Positions 51,213 to 64,000 of a stretch of 64,000 nt of DNA are shown one piece after another. The stretch's first letter is position 1. Each line of letters opens with the position of its first letter. Origin of the DNA: Carcharhinus longimanus. Taxonomy: Eukaryota. The translations under genes were made by a program, and so were the position numbers. The notes under the pieces were generated by a model, which worked only from the letters and a program-made list of their open reading frames with translations, did no database searches and was not told the DNA's origin. The stretch lies in contig JASCQW010000109.1 of assembly GCA_030264375.1 (NCBI GenBank), forward strand, positions 15,133,700 to 15,197,699, in the 5' to 3' direction.

Positions 51213-54044
51213 NNNNNNNNNNNNNNNNNNNNNNNNNNNNNNNNNNNNNNNNNNNNNNNNNNNNNNNNNNNNNNNNNNNNNNNNNNNNNNNNNNNNNNNN
51301 NNNNNNCATTACCTGAGCGTTTAGGTTACCATGTGTAGGTGTTAATGCTATTGGAAGAAGTAATGAGCTACCCAGATTTCTTCAGCAAACTCAACCGCGG
51401 AGCAATCAGTGGCAGGGAAGATTAGAATAACCCCTGCTGTGAACCTACTTTTTTTTTCATTAGTTGCCTGCTTGCCAATACACAGAATTACTATTTTCAG
51501 CATAGCCTGCACATTATAGTGTAGGTAGGTGAAAAGCTCGTCTAGCATAATGGATATAAGAATCACATCAGCGATATGGTTTCCTATAAATGGGTAAAAT
51601 AACTTTTCGTCAGAGAGTGGACAGGATGGAAATATTTTCTGAGATCCATTAGGGAGCATGGGGATAGATGCAGGAATTCATTCATTTTGGAGAGCACGAG
51701 ATGTTCATGCCATGAAAATAATGTTTGACTTTGAGCTTGACAGGCTGTTCACAATGGAAGGGATGTCTATATGATGAGGACAGGGTTGAAAAGCCCTCTC
51801 AATCTTTAGGGAGGTTGCATTTGTCCAGCCTGTGAGCCTTTATACAACTATGAACTGTTTCTGAACCCTTGTTAGCCTTTTCTGGAAGTCTGTAGTGTAG
51901 ATTGTGGGGACAGGGAGGAGGGAAAGGAGAAGTTAGTAGGAAGGTTCCTGACCCCATTCCTAGCCACATATTTGCGGGGAGCATAGACATATGGACAACG
52001 TTTATGGAGCTGGGAATGTCAGTAGTATTACCAAGTATTTGGACAGCAGAGTTGCTGTTCTTATTTGGAGACCTAGAGCCATCTGCAGTTTGCTTGGAGC
52101 GCCATCTCTGCCCAAAAGGGTTTTGTGATGTATAGTTGACTGATTGGCATTTTGAAAACATAAAGGGAGGTACAAAAGATTTCTTGTGCTTGTCTAAAAG
52201 TGACCTGAGAAAATGGTCCCATCTGTTTACATATTAACTTCACTTGTTGCTGGCAGTCAGTAAATGAGGTCACTCCACTGAAAGCAGTTTTTTTGGCAGC
52301 AAACTGGCATTAATTATTCTGACCACAGAATGCTTTATCAGTACGGCATCCAATTACTGAGGGAGCAATCTGCTCGCTCATTCGTGCAATTTGTCACGTC
52401 AATGTTAAAAGAATCTGTACATAATTAAGAGCATGAGTTGGGCAGCTGTTTAATTGTGTAATGGTAAAAATCACTGCCTTATTTAGGTGAACCATGGGAA
52501 GAAATATGCATTGAATTCTGAGCATGGGAAATAAAACAGGGTAGGGTGTCCACCTTCCTTATAGTTGGAATGTCTCTCTCAAACAAAAGGCACCATCATT
52601 GTTTGAAGGTCATCGTGGACAATATTTTGGCAATATGAAGAAACCAATGAAGTTGTTGTCAGGACTAGGTGATATAAATTAAATTAGTATGACATTCATT
52701 GGACAAAAGAATCCCTTTTGACCAGCTTTAAAGTCTATGCTGGGCAAAGGAGATGAACCCTGCCTGAAGGTGGGAGCTCAAAGATTTCAAGAAATGAATT
52801 CTTGGGTCTTATCTAAGTATTCAGGGAAAGCTTTTGGTGTATGTTGCTCCTTCTCAGGGAGATCAATCAGTGGTGGACGCATGCACTTTTAGGTTGCTTG
52901 CCTAACTAGTAGCAACTTCAGTTAAACCCCCAGTAACTGAGGCAGGGCTGAAGAGATACAGGGGACAAGAGTGGCCAGATTCATATCCTAAAAACCAAAG
53001 CAGCGTGGGCCTCAGTTGACCCAGGGCTGTGCCCAATCTCTGTTGAGGGTCACTAGTGGCATTATGGTTCTCATCAGCAACTTGGATCAATTTTTGATTT
53101 TCAGTCGCTCTTGGCTCGCAGAATGTTGCAGCTCAGAACAGTTTTTTTTGGACTGATTTGTATCCTATAATGTGTTGAGTGTATTAGAATGCTGATATAA
53201 TAACTCTAGGAGTCAGCTGTAAAGGAACCATGCTTCATTGCACAAAATGAAATGAAGCAAGCCTGCCTTGAACACTAGAGGTCACAACTAGGACAATGAA
53301 ATAATGGACCCACTCAGGGGCTTGCTTTATAAAGTGCTGGGTATACGAACTTCATCTGATAAGTTAATTTCCAACCGTCAGGAAGCTCATATTCAATAAG
53401 TCCTTCAGGAAGGTCAATCAGTGATTCCCCATGTAAGTCATGGGGGTTATCACAACTGGAGTTGTAAGTTACCTATGCAGTAATCTACTGCAAAGCATTC
53501 AAAAGACATAGGCATGGGCAGAAGCCAAAAATTTGGAAGTTAGGTGAATAAGAAAGAATTCAATTAATATTGTGAAAGTTTCAGTCGATAGATAAGCTGA
53601 CATTTAAATAGGAAAGGCTACATCTTTGAAGAAGATGGGAGAAGGGAAAGAACGGAACCATGCTCCTAGCCATTAATAACATCCAGAGATTAGATGGAGA
53701 TTTTTATATTGGTTAACATTATAAAGCTAAATTAATGATGGAGAAAGGAGATTGATAGACTTGAAAAGGATTTGGATCCATTAATTAGATAGACAAAGGA
53801 ATGACATATGCTTTTAATGTGAATAAATGTACAGTATTTCATATCAAACAAGAAACATGTATACACTGAGTATCAGTTTCAGTCAGTTGATATTGCCTTT
53901 ATTGCCGAGTAAGAACAGTATGGATTCTAACCTCATTGCCTAATCTGATTTCATAACCTATGATGCTTGCAGTAAGAAAGGAATCCTACATTGTTAGGAC
54001 ATTTTCTTCAATATGCAATTATATAAATAACTTGGAGGAAGGGG

Positions 54045-54730
54045 TGCTTGCCAAATTTTCATAAAGATAATGCAAAAATAAGTAGGGAAGTAAGTTGTGA
54101 AGAGGACATAAAGAGACAACAAAAAGATATAGATGGGTTAAGTGAGTGGGCAGATGGAGCATAATGTAGGAAAATGTGAAATTGTCCATTTTGGCAGGAA
54201 GAATAAAAAAAAATTATATAAATGATGAGGCATTGCAGGACTCTAAGGTGCAGAGGAATTTGGATGTCCTAATGCATGAACTACAAAAGGCTAGTATGTA
54301 GGTACAACAAGTAATTAGGAAAGCTAATAGAATGTTATCATTTATTCCAAGGGAATTGAATATAAACACAGGGAGGTTATGCTTCAGTTGTACAAGGTAC
54401 TAGTGAGAACATTTTAGGAGTACTGTAAACAGTATTGGTCATGTTATTTACAAAGATGTAAATGTATTTGAAGCAGTTCAGAGATATTGACCTGGTCTAG
54501 CTTACATGAGACTCCAGACCTATAGCAATGTGGTTAACTCTTAAATGCCCTCTGAAATGGAGGGCAGTTAGGACGGTCACATCTCATAAAATAAATTTTT
54601 AAAAAACTGCAGTAGTTTATCGGGGGCAGGCAGGATGCAGATTTCAGATTTACTATCTGGTCAATCATCATCTTATTAAATGGCACAGAAGGTGCAAGGA
54701 GTTGAATGACCTACTCCTGCGCTTTGTATG
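54045..54730 (+). mobile_element. CR1 LINE RT fragment and 3' tail (interrupted)
   Basis: KDIDGLSEWA..NVGKCEIVHFGRKN..QQVIRKANRML..LQLYKVLVR. Confidence 0.8.
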
Positions 54731-54919
54731 TTTTGACATTAAAAAAACATTAAATTAAAAGGAGCGGGCTTCAAGGGTCCTAGCCAACATTACTCCTTGT
54801 GACCAAGAGTGGGACATTTGCCTGATTTGTAAGGTGTTGCTGTACACAAAATAGCTACCACATTTATCTACAAATTGTTGTGATTAATTCATTGTATGAA
54901 ATTTTTCTGCATGACAAGT

Positions 54920-55220
54920 TGGCACAGTGGTCAGCACAGTGGTTACCACTGCTACCTCACAGCACCAGGAACCTAGGTTCAACTTCTGGCTTGGGTCCCT
55001 GTGTGGAGTCTGCATTTTCTCCCTATGTCTGTGTGGGATACCTCCGGGTGCTCCAGTTTCCTCCCACAGTCCAAAAGACGTGCTGATTAGATGCACTGGT
55101 CAAGTTAAATTCTCCCTCAGTGTACCCGAACAGGTGACAAAATAGTTGTCTAGGGAATTTTCGCAGTAACTTCATTGCAATGTTAATGTAAGCCTACTTG
55201 TGACACTAATAAATAAACTT
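54920..55220 (+). mobile_element. V-SINE, alternative-tail subfamily
   Basis: Head, V-domain and aataaataaac tail. Confidence 0.85.
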
Positions 55221-57745
55221 ATAAAAAGCTTTGCTGGCCACTTAAACATCAAACCTAAGATTCAGAAATCATCTAAAAATTACTAGAGTGACAATTTGCA
55301 TTCCATTTTCACAGCAGCGGTTACATGCAAGGTTATGTGACTGTTGAACCACATATTTCATACAGTTTACAAGGAATGTCTAACCTACAGGCTTGTTTGT
55401 GAAAGATATACTCACTCTTGTTTCCTCCTCAATGAAGTGAAGGCAGCTCTGAGGCCAATGGGTTTCAAAGAGGAAATACTTAACAGCTGTGGCTATTGTT
55501 TGTTACAACCTGTTTACTGACTAATAGGAGGACTGCGTTAGAAAAGAATAATAGCCAAGCTTTTAAGAGGTTTCATGTGTGTAGAGATTTCCCAGAGTCC
55601 TTTACAATGTTGCATGTATTCCAAGGGAAGTTTCGAAATGAGGCCTCCCCCCTTTCACTGGAACTCACTGCCGAGCAACAAAAGAGGTAAAAACAAGGAA
55701 AGAGCAAACAGCTTTTTGCAAGATCACCAATAATCTGATTGCGATTGAACTGCGAAAACTATCCTCGCAGGAGCAACAATTCTTGAAGCGAAACAGAAAT
55801 TGGCTGATGCAATGTGCAATCAGGGACATAGCAAAATTCTGCTTACAGGAAGCAAAAATTGTTTCATGTAAATTGTAACATGCCAGAATGGATTAAATAC
55901 TTGAAGAAAGAAAGTCAAAACAGTTTGAAACCTAACTTGAAATGTTGAACTTGGTTTTACCATCCAAATGCCAGTTTTTAAAAAACAAAAAATTATGGGC
56001 GGTGGGTATTGCTGATGAGGCCCATCTTTCAGAGCTGGTGGTGAGCCACAGACTTGAAGCATTGCAGCCCATGTATTATAGATACATCCACAGTACTGTT
56101 AGGAAGGGAGGTAGTCAGGCTGATAGAACTGTATAGTGGAGGGGAGGAAAATTAAAGTGAAGGAATCGAGCACATCGACCCCATCCCTGTAATATTTATT
56201 GTGGCAAATCAGTTTTCAGAGCTTTATTTACTTTTCCCAGAGTCCACACCCAGGCTTAACAGTGAGCATCAATGATCAACAAACTCACATGGTCAAACAC
56301 AGTCAAATNNNNNNNNNNNNNNNNNNNNNNNNNNNNNNNNNNNNNNNNNNNNNNNNNNNNNNNNNNNNNNNNNNNNNNNNNNNNNNNNNNNNNNNNNNNN
56401 NNNNNNNNNNNNNNNNNNNNNNNNNNNNNNNNNNNNNNNNNNNNNNNNNNNNNNNNNNNNNNNNNNNNNNNNNNNNNNNNNNNNNNNNNNNNNNNNNNNN
56501 NNNNNNNNNNNNNNNNNNNNNNNNNNNNNNNNNNNNNNNNNNNNNNNNNNNNNNNNNNNNNNNNNNNNNNNNNNNNNNNNNNNNNNNNNNNNNNNNNNNN
56601 NNNNNNNNNNNNNNNNNNNNNNNNNNNNNNNNNNNNNNNNNNNNNNNNNNNNNNNNNNNNNNNNNNNNNNNNNNNNNNNNNNNNNNNNNNNNNNNNNNNN
56701 NNNNNNNNNNNNNNNNNNNNNNNNNNNNNNNNNNNNNNNNNNNNNNNNNNNNNNNNNNNNNNNNNNNNNNNNNNNNNNNNNNNNNNNNNNNNNNNNNNNN
56801 NNNNNNNNNNNNNNNNNNNNNNNNNNNNNNNNNNNNNNNNNNNNNNNNNNNNNNNNNNNNNNNNNNNNNNNNNNNNNNNNNNNNNNNNNNNNNNNNNNNN
56901 NNNNNNNNNNNNNNNNNNNNNNNNNNNNNNNNNNNNNNNNNNNNNNNNNNNNNNNNNNNNNNNNNNNNNNNNNNNNNNNNNNNNNNNNNNNNNNNNNNNN
57001 NNNNNNNNNNNNNNNNNNNNNNNNNNNNNNNNNNNNNNNNNNNNNNNNNNNNNNNNNNNNNNNNNNNNNNNNNNNNNNNNNNNNNNNNNNNNNNNNNNNN
57101 NNNNNNNNNNNNNNNNNNNNNNNNNNNNNNNNNNNNNNNNNNNNNNNNNNNNNNNNNCTGAGCCTTATCTCCTACTTTCTGCCTGCATGGCACTGGTGTT
57201 TGTGCTTCTTTATCCATTACCCTGTTCCCTTGAACCCTGATCTCATATTAATAGTGTGACCATTTTCACTTTCCACATATGCTACCTGACCTGTGGAGAA
57301 TCTTCAGCACTTACAGTTTGTACTTGAAGAAACAAAGTTGCACCACTAAAAAATATAAATTTCAACCAGAATTTTTTTGAAAAGTAGAGATTATTGATCT
57401 CATTCACAATCCACAGTCCTGAAAATAGCCAGCTATCTGTGGAGTCTCCCAGCCAACAGTGTGATGTTTCAATGAGCTGACAGATGAATTATTGTTTGTT
57501 GATAAACCCCAGTTGAAATGATTCTGTTCCACATTATTTGACAAGTGTTATGGTATTATTATTTAATACCGCACAAGGCAAAGGCTAGACCTGCCCAACA
57601 ATAATCCCCATGCTTTTTATGAAGCACTTTACAGCTGACTGATTCCATATCATAAAAATAAATAAGTTCTTTCTGGACATTGAAAGACTTTAATTCCCTC
57701 AGCATTCATTTTGTTAACACCCTGGGTGTAGCGCAGTACTTGGTA

Positions 57746-58152
57746 ATCATAGAATCCCTACAGTGCAGAAGGANNNNNNNNNNNNNNNNNNNNNNNNNNN
57801 NNNNNNNNNNNNNNNNNNNNNNNNNNNNNNNNNNNNNNNNNNNNNNNNNNNNNNNNNNNNNNNNNNNNNNNNNATAATAGAATCCCTACAGTGCAGAAGG
57901 AGGCCATTCGGCCCATCAAGCCTGCACCAACCACAATCCCACCCGCCCCCTAACACCCCCATATTTCGCCTGCTCGTCTCCCTGACACTAAGAGGCAATT
58001 TAGCATGTCCAATCAACCTAACCCACACACCTTTGGACTGTGGGAGGAAAATCACGCAGACACAGACCTTCTGGGAATCACCCTAGCCAGGAATTGAACC
58101 TGGGTCCCTGGCACTGTGAGACAGCAGTGCTAACCACTACGCTATTGTGCCA
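57746..58152 (-). mobile_element. HE1/V-SINE spanning a 100-N gap
   Basis: Consensus match; the tail is represented on both sides of the gap. Confidence 0.8.
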
Positions 58153-58829
58153 CCCTAAAGAAATGACAATGTAGCTCACTGCCAGAAGACTCTATTAATC
58201 TGAATAAATGCTCCTTTGCAAATATCCAACAAAGGACAGTTTTAATTCTTTGATCAGTAAATTCATCCTGTGGCATGTTGCAATTTTAATTTTCAAACAA
58301 AAATGATAGGAATTCATCAATCATTAAGATTTGGGAAGCATCCTGTCAGTTGAAGAATCAGATCATCATATGGCCACTTGTCTTCACTGTAGGAAATGTA
58401 TCGATAGATAATAGTTCCAGGGAGATCTCCTTCATTACTGTAAGCAGGCTCATCATCTCAGTGCTATTCCTCTCATGTGCAACATAACTACTAGGTTTAC
58501 TGCAGCACTGCAAAGTAAGTTGTTGTTGGTGACTGACCTGAACATTGAGAGGATTCAGGATCACAGGACTACCATGAAATATTTTGTGTGTTTATAAATC
58601 GATAATTTGGCAAACAAAGATATATGTGTGGGCAAACAAAAAATAGCTTACTTCCCTCAATGCCATGAATTGCATTTGCTTTGATCTATCAATATTAAGT
58701 AGATTTCCTCTGAGAAGACATATCCAGAGAAGATATATGTGCGTACTTTGCCGGAGGAATATGCAAGGGGCCAGCACTACCAAACATGCATCTCCAAATA
58801 CATATCACAGATATTTTATATCACAAAGG

Positions 58830-59420
58830 ATGAAAATAAAATGGCTTCCAGCTTCAATAGCATTTGGAGATAAGAGTTCCAGGTTTTCATTGTGCATTAT
58901 GTGAAGAAATGCTTCCTGAAATCTGGTTTTAGTCATGACAGTCTAATTATGTTTTCCCTTTGTTCGAAGCCGGAACTCCCCCGTGCCCACGAGAACGGAG
59001 AATTTGGCTCTCCATTCACTGCAGCGGAACCGAAAAATCCCAGCTGCGGACGAGGTTGGAGAATTCTGGCCCTGGTTTCTTCCTTCAGTGGAAACTGATT
59101 CTCTCTGTCTATCCTAACGAGTCTTTCAATGGACACGTCAATGAAATTACCTAATATCCTGCCGCCCTTAAGACATCACAAACCTAGCTTATGTAATCTG
59201 TCCTTAGAATTTAATTCTTTTAGCCCTCACATCAGTCTGGTGAATCTGTGCTGCACACCCTGTAAGGCTAATGTATCCTTCCTGAGGTGTGGTGCCAGGA
59301 ACTGAATGCACTATTCCAGATGGACCAGAGCTTTAGTACAGCTGTAACATAACTTCTACCCCTTTTTGTTTAAGCATTTTAAAGAGAAAGGTCAATATTT
59401 CAATAACCTTTTGAATTATT
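58830..59420 (-). mobile_element. CR1 LINE fragment with inserted MITE (58968-59072)
   Basis: Reverse complement of ALVxxLEYCIQFLAP..DTLALQGVQHRFTR-type sequence. Confidence 0.65.
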
Positions 59421-59895
59421 TTTAAATCTGTCCATAATTTTGTAAGATCTGCATTTTATAACATATTGTAATTATTTGTGGACTCTAGTATTGATAATTG
59501 TGCAATCCTTTTATTATTTTATATTTTAGTTATGACCTGAATTATGATTACTTGCTTTATTTATAGCATCCTCTCAATTCAACACTTGAAGATTCAATAA
59601 ACCAATTAGCTATCTGTGTGGATGGAGAGCACTGCTGCTGTCCGTTCAATCTTTTATGCTCTCTCATCCATGATCTCCTATTCTGGGATGATTACACTCA
59701 AATAGCAGTTAAGTTTGTAGAGCCAGATGTTCACATTCGGTTCTGGAACAAACAATTCATGAGAGATCTGATAGTACGGGGGTTTAGATGCTACTGTGCA
59801 TATTTACCTCAGGCCCTATGCAAAACACAGAGCCAACAGTTCATAATAAGTATGACTGATCTGCTCCCACTTCAGATAGTGTGTCCTCTACCTAG

Positions 59896-60428
59896 GTAAC
59901 AGTAACAGTAATGTTGCCATAGTCCCAGGTGAACATAGGCAGCTCTTCCCTTTGAGGGGGAAAGCTGACTGATAGTGATCTAACCTGAGCATCACCACGT
60001 CTAAGATTAGGGGTAGGATTGAGAAGGCAGGGCCTTCATGAATAACCTCAGCCGGTACTGGAATTGAATCTTCGCTGTTGGCATTGCTTTGTTTTAAAGC
60101 TTATTTATTGGTGTCAAAAGTAAGCTTATATTAACACTGCAATGAAGTTACTGTGAAAATCCCCTAGTCTCCACACTCTGGTGTCTGTTCGGGTACACTG
60201 AGTGAGAATTTTGCATGGCCATTGCACCTAACCAGCATGTCATTCGGACTATGGGAGGAAACCGGAGCACCTGGAGGAAATACACGCAGACATGGGGGAG
60301 AACATTCAGACTCTGCACAGACAGTGACCCAAGCTGGGAATTGAACCTGGGTCCCTGGCACTGTGAGGCAGCAGTGCTAACACTGTGTTGCCCCAGTTGC
60401 ATTACAAACCCGCTGTCCAGCCAACTGG
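59896..60428 (-). mobile_element. tRNA-derived (Ile-like head) SINE, split by a V-SINE
   Basis: 59896-60090 plus 60397-60428 are the reverse complement of the 60431-60640 and 47400-47612 family. Confidence 0.7.
60100..60390 (-). mobile_element. V-SINE, alternative-tail subfamily, nested in another SINE
   Basis: Matches 14294-14586 and interrupts the 59896-60428 SINE. Confidence 0.85.
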
Positions 60429-60430
60429 AA

Positions 60431-60640
60431 GTCAGTTAGCTCAGTTGGCTGGTTAGAGATACAGTATGATGCCAACAATGTGAGTTCAATTCCTATACTA
60501 GCTGAGGTTATTCATGAAGGCCTCACTTTCTCAAACTTGCCCCTTGCCTGAGGTGTGCTGATCCCCAGGTTAAGTCAGCACCAGATGATTTTGAGGGGGA
60601 GAGCAGACTATGGTCATCCGGGACTATGGTGACTTGACCT
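60431..60640 (+). mobile_element. tRNA-derived (Ile-like head) SINE
   Basis: gttagctcagttgg (A box) .. gagttcaattcc (B box) .. gctgaggttattcatgaagg .. gggactatggtgac. Confidence 0.7.
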
Positions 60641-63125
60641 ATGCCCAGTAGGTGCTCTTAGCTATTTTGCAAATGACAAGAGAATGTGTGTGAATACAAG
60701 GCTGCCATCATCAGCAAGAAGCTAATCCTTTTCCTGTGGGTATGTGTATCCCAGCCCAGCAAGAGCACAATGAGACAGATTATTTCAGCTCTGACAACTG
60801 TGAGGGTATGGTCATGCTTAAATTATTAGAACTGGACCCGAGGAACAGTTTCAATAGAACATTCTGAATTTATTAGTTTCAACACAGCATAACAATGACA
60901 CTATATTATTTCACTTCTACATTAACACCAAGGGCACGACATTGAAACCATTCTCATTAGAGCTCACCCATTTGTAAAGGATGACTGACATTTATGTCGC
61001 ACCTGCATGACCACCAGTAAACTAAGGGGCTGATTTTTACCCCTTTCACTGGGTGGGAACGTTGCTGTAGCTGATTTAACATGGCAGCCCAACACTAATG
61101 ATCCATTCCTACCAAGATGCAGCTCACCACCATTTTGGCTGGGGCATTGAAAAAGCCTCTCCAAACACTCACTGGCTGCAATTAGGAGCCTCATTAGCCT
61201 CTCACTTCAAAGTCCCATGATGTCAATAGGACCCTAATGCAAGCTCAAAGTACATTTGGCATTTGGTTTTGAGTGACATTATCAAAATTCCTTAAAGGGG
61301 CTGCTCTGGAAAGTAGGTTTGTAGATTAATCTTTGTGTGCCCTCCAAAAAATTGATCCCATTACCCATGAATCTCTTGACAACTCAACCTCTGATCTGGA
61401 CGGTTCCTCCTCTTCATTTCTATGCATTGACTGGGCTCTGCAATGGAGTCCCTGCATGTCCTGCTCCTTCCGTGCTGAGCTGCTGCAAGTGCACAAGCAG
61501 CTCCCTGGTAAATGGGCGAGCAGGTCCAACCATGAAAATCAGGACATTTAGATGAGCACATGAGACACCACATCATACAAGGTTATGGATCAAGGACTGG
61601 AATGTGGAATTAGAATAGCTGGTTGCTTGATGGCTGGTGCATACATGATGGGCCAAAGGGCCTCTTTTTGTGTTGTAAAACTCTATGGGTGGGATTTTAT
61701 GGTCTCGCTCATCCCAAAATCGTAAAATTCCACCCGAGGACAATGGACCTTCCCATTGTCTGCCCCTCACTCATTCCGATTCCTCTGGTGGGTGGGGTAG
61801 TAAAATTCTGGTCTATGACTATGTTTATGATTTGTATAGATGAACGCAAGCCGTCTTCACCTGATGGAAGCACGAAAACCCACCTCTCCATTTGAAATGC
61901 AGTCTTTATCAGTTTGCAGGGAAACACAGCAGCCCATTTGTGCAGAGCAATGTTCCACAAACAAAAGGTGAAATAAATGTCTGATTAATCTGATTTTTGG
62001 TTTGAGATGTAAATGTTGGCCAGAACAGTTTGGGCATTCCCTACATTTTGTATAGGTTCACAGATCTTATATGCACTTGAATGTAAATAGGATCCTTGGT
62101 TCAATGTCTCATCTGAAGCTCAGGACTTAATTGTGACAACACAGCATTCCCTCAGCTCTGCATTGAAATGGCAGCTTAGATTATGCATTCAACTCTACAG
62201 CTTGAACTCAGAACTTTTTATCTCTTAAGTGCTGTCTTTGAGCCAAATTGATGCTTAACCCTGATTGATAGCTTTTTATTTTCTTATTTTAATAAAGCAG
62301 AAGATTGTTCATTCCACTTGTTGCTGACAGGGGCAAACGATTAGATTGACCTCAATTTTAACTCCCTCTGATTCACAGAGAGCAGGAAAGAGAGGGCAGT
62401 TAAAACATTCCTACCTGACTTATTTATATTGGAGATACCAATCAGCAGGATTCCATTGAAATATATAGGTTGTGCTGCTATAATACCACCAGGGCCTGAT
62501 CTACTATTTCAGTCTAGGGCCTAGGAGGGGTAGAGCAATGGTGTCTATCCCACCAGGCCAAGCTGGATGGAAATAATGGCCAGTCCAGAGGAAGCACACC
62601 GAGGTAATTTTTTGTATGACTTAGTTTCAGAGTTCTTTTCCAAACAACAGAAACACTAAAACCAAAAGCGAGCCCAGCACAATTCTAAGGATATCCATCC
62701 AGGAGCCCTTTCATTTTGTACCATTCCCTTGAGATCCCTTCAGCAGCCTCCTACGAACAGAATTCCCGTCCACCAGCCTGACAGTGGCTTGTGCCAAATT
62801 CAGGTTGGAGCCCCAACTTGCATATGCAAATAAGGTTCAGGGTTTTTTTGTCCTGCCTAAACCCTCACGCCCATGTTCCAACCATAAAGCCGATCCTGGC
62901 ACAAGATAACATTGAGGCTATAGGGTACACTGTAGGCTGTAGCTTGCAAATAATTATTTATCGTTTCTATTGCTCAGAACTGCTGTCCACATGTCTGCTG
63001 ATTAAATTCTACTTTAGCTTTTCGCTTACAATTCAATAGGATTTTCTCCTCCGTCTCAATATTCTATATAATAAAATGAATTACAGTTGATGATTGACTA
63101 AAATGTTATTAGAGATAATATGAAC

Positions 63126-63317
63126 CTTGCGCTGTCGTAAAATTTCTTTAGCACGATTTGCTCTCAATTCCTTTTCGGCAATATTTCTCTCCAGGAGTTT
63201 TTTATTCCTTCGATGAGTATCCTCGATATCCTCCAATTTCTTGGCACATTCTGCTGATTCTATTCTTCTTTTTTCCATAACATACTCTCGCCATCTTTGC
63301 GCCTCGTAGTCATCATG
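63126..63317 (-). CDS. Probable internal coding exon of an unidentified coiled-coil protein
   Basis: Acceptor ...TTTATATAG| at 63318/63317 and donor AAG|GTTCAT at 63126/63125. Exactly 192 bp (phase 0-0), no stop: HDDYEAQRWREYVMEKRRIESAECAKKLEDIEDTHRRNKKLLERNIAEKELRANRAKEILRQRK. It is K/R/E-rich and retains CpGs, unlike its flanks. Confidence 0.7.
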
Positions 63318-64000
63318 CTATATAAATAATTCATAGTTTGTACAATGAGATCAGTATATGTTTATATGTGAACAACATCAAGATTTTGTTTAGTGAAAAA
63401 ATCNNNNNNNNNNNNNNNNNNNNNNNNNNNNNNNNNNNNNNNNNNNNNNNNNNNNNNNNNNNNNNNNNNNNNNNNNNNNNNNNNNNNNNNNNNNNNNNNN
63501 NNNACCCTCCCTCCCCGCCCGCCCCCCCCATTAAATATTGAGTTGACCAAAGCCATTGTCCTCATCAATTGTTGAGCACTACTTACCATTGCTGGCCTAT
63601 CGGCTTCCACTCCAACTTAATTCAACACACTACTGCTTAAATTGTATCTTATACCAAATCCTCTGCTGGCTGTCCTAGATTGTCTGTTAGTCCTCCCACA
63701 ACTCCAATTTAAAATTCTCATCCTCATGTTTAAATCTCTTTGTGTCCTCACCCCCTTTAATCATTGCAACATCCTCTAGCCCTGCAACCCTTCGAGATCT
63801 CTGGTTTTCTCACATTGGCTTTTTGGACAGATCTCTTTCTTCTCTTTGAAGCACATCCCATTAGCATCCTCGCTTTCATCCATATAGGCCCCATGTTCTG
63901 AGCTTCCCCCCATAACCTCCTCCAGCTCCCTTCTCTCTTTAGGACCCTCTTTAAACCCAGAACCTTGGTCAAGCTTTTGGTCCTTCTGTCACCATTAGCT

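Noticed and set aside
51339-51424. Possible + strand terminal exon VLMLLEEVMSYPDFFSKLNRGAISGRED*
   Set aside because: Weak acceptor, very short, and not recognisable as ATP1B or any other protein.
56199-57240. Long ORFs of 300+ aa (similarly 976-1584 and 27535-28294 in other frames)
   Set aside because: They consist mostly of X from N gaps and are not evidence of coding sequence.
61326-61576. Four overlapping ORFs
   Set aside because: The minus strand looks like a decayed CR1 ORF1 (esterase-like) remnant with stops; no host gene recognised.
1-64000. CRISPR arrays, operons, rRNA or a viral insertion
   Set aside because: No regularly spaced repeat-spacer array, no long uninterrupted ORFs and no rRNA or viral motifs seen; the content is vertebrate intronic/intergenic DNA.

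Overview
Repeat-rich, gappy eukaryotic genomic DNA, not prokaryotic. It is almost certainly from a cartilaginous fish (shark): it is full of HE1/V-SINE copies, CR1-type LINE 3' ends, SacSINE1/Deu-SINE-like relics, Harbinger elements and decayed Gypsy pol fragments. Three genuine coding pieces are recognisable. (1) The first exon of the long (A-type) isoform of a CRMP/DPYSL gene lies on the minus strand at 27592-27886, with its start codon lost in a gap; CRMP1 is my best guess and DPYSL3/4 are not excluded. I found no further CRMP exon in 1-27591, so that stretch is probably its first intron. (2) An isolated promoter plus coding exon 1 of a Na+/K+-ATPase beta subunit (ATP1B2-like, + strand, 44344-44452) sits between the two ORFs of a decayed Harbinger transposon, next to a 100-N gap. 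It is either a transposon-captured gene fragment or, at least as likely, a mis-assembly. (3) An in-frame 192-bp minus-strand exon of an unidentified coiled-coil protein lies at 63126-63317. Non-coding structure includes a ~430-bp inverted duplication whose interior length matches an N gap, a ~250-bp-arm inverted repeat, a 68-bp direct duplication and several nested or paired SINEs. Most ORFs in the track are SINE/LINE read-throughs or N-gap artefacts. Family assignments come from recalled consensus sequences rather than searches, and repeat boundaries are approximate.
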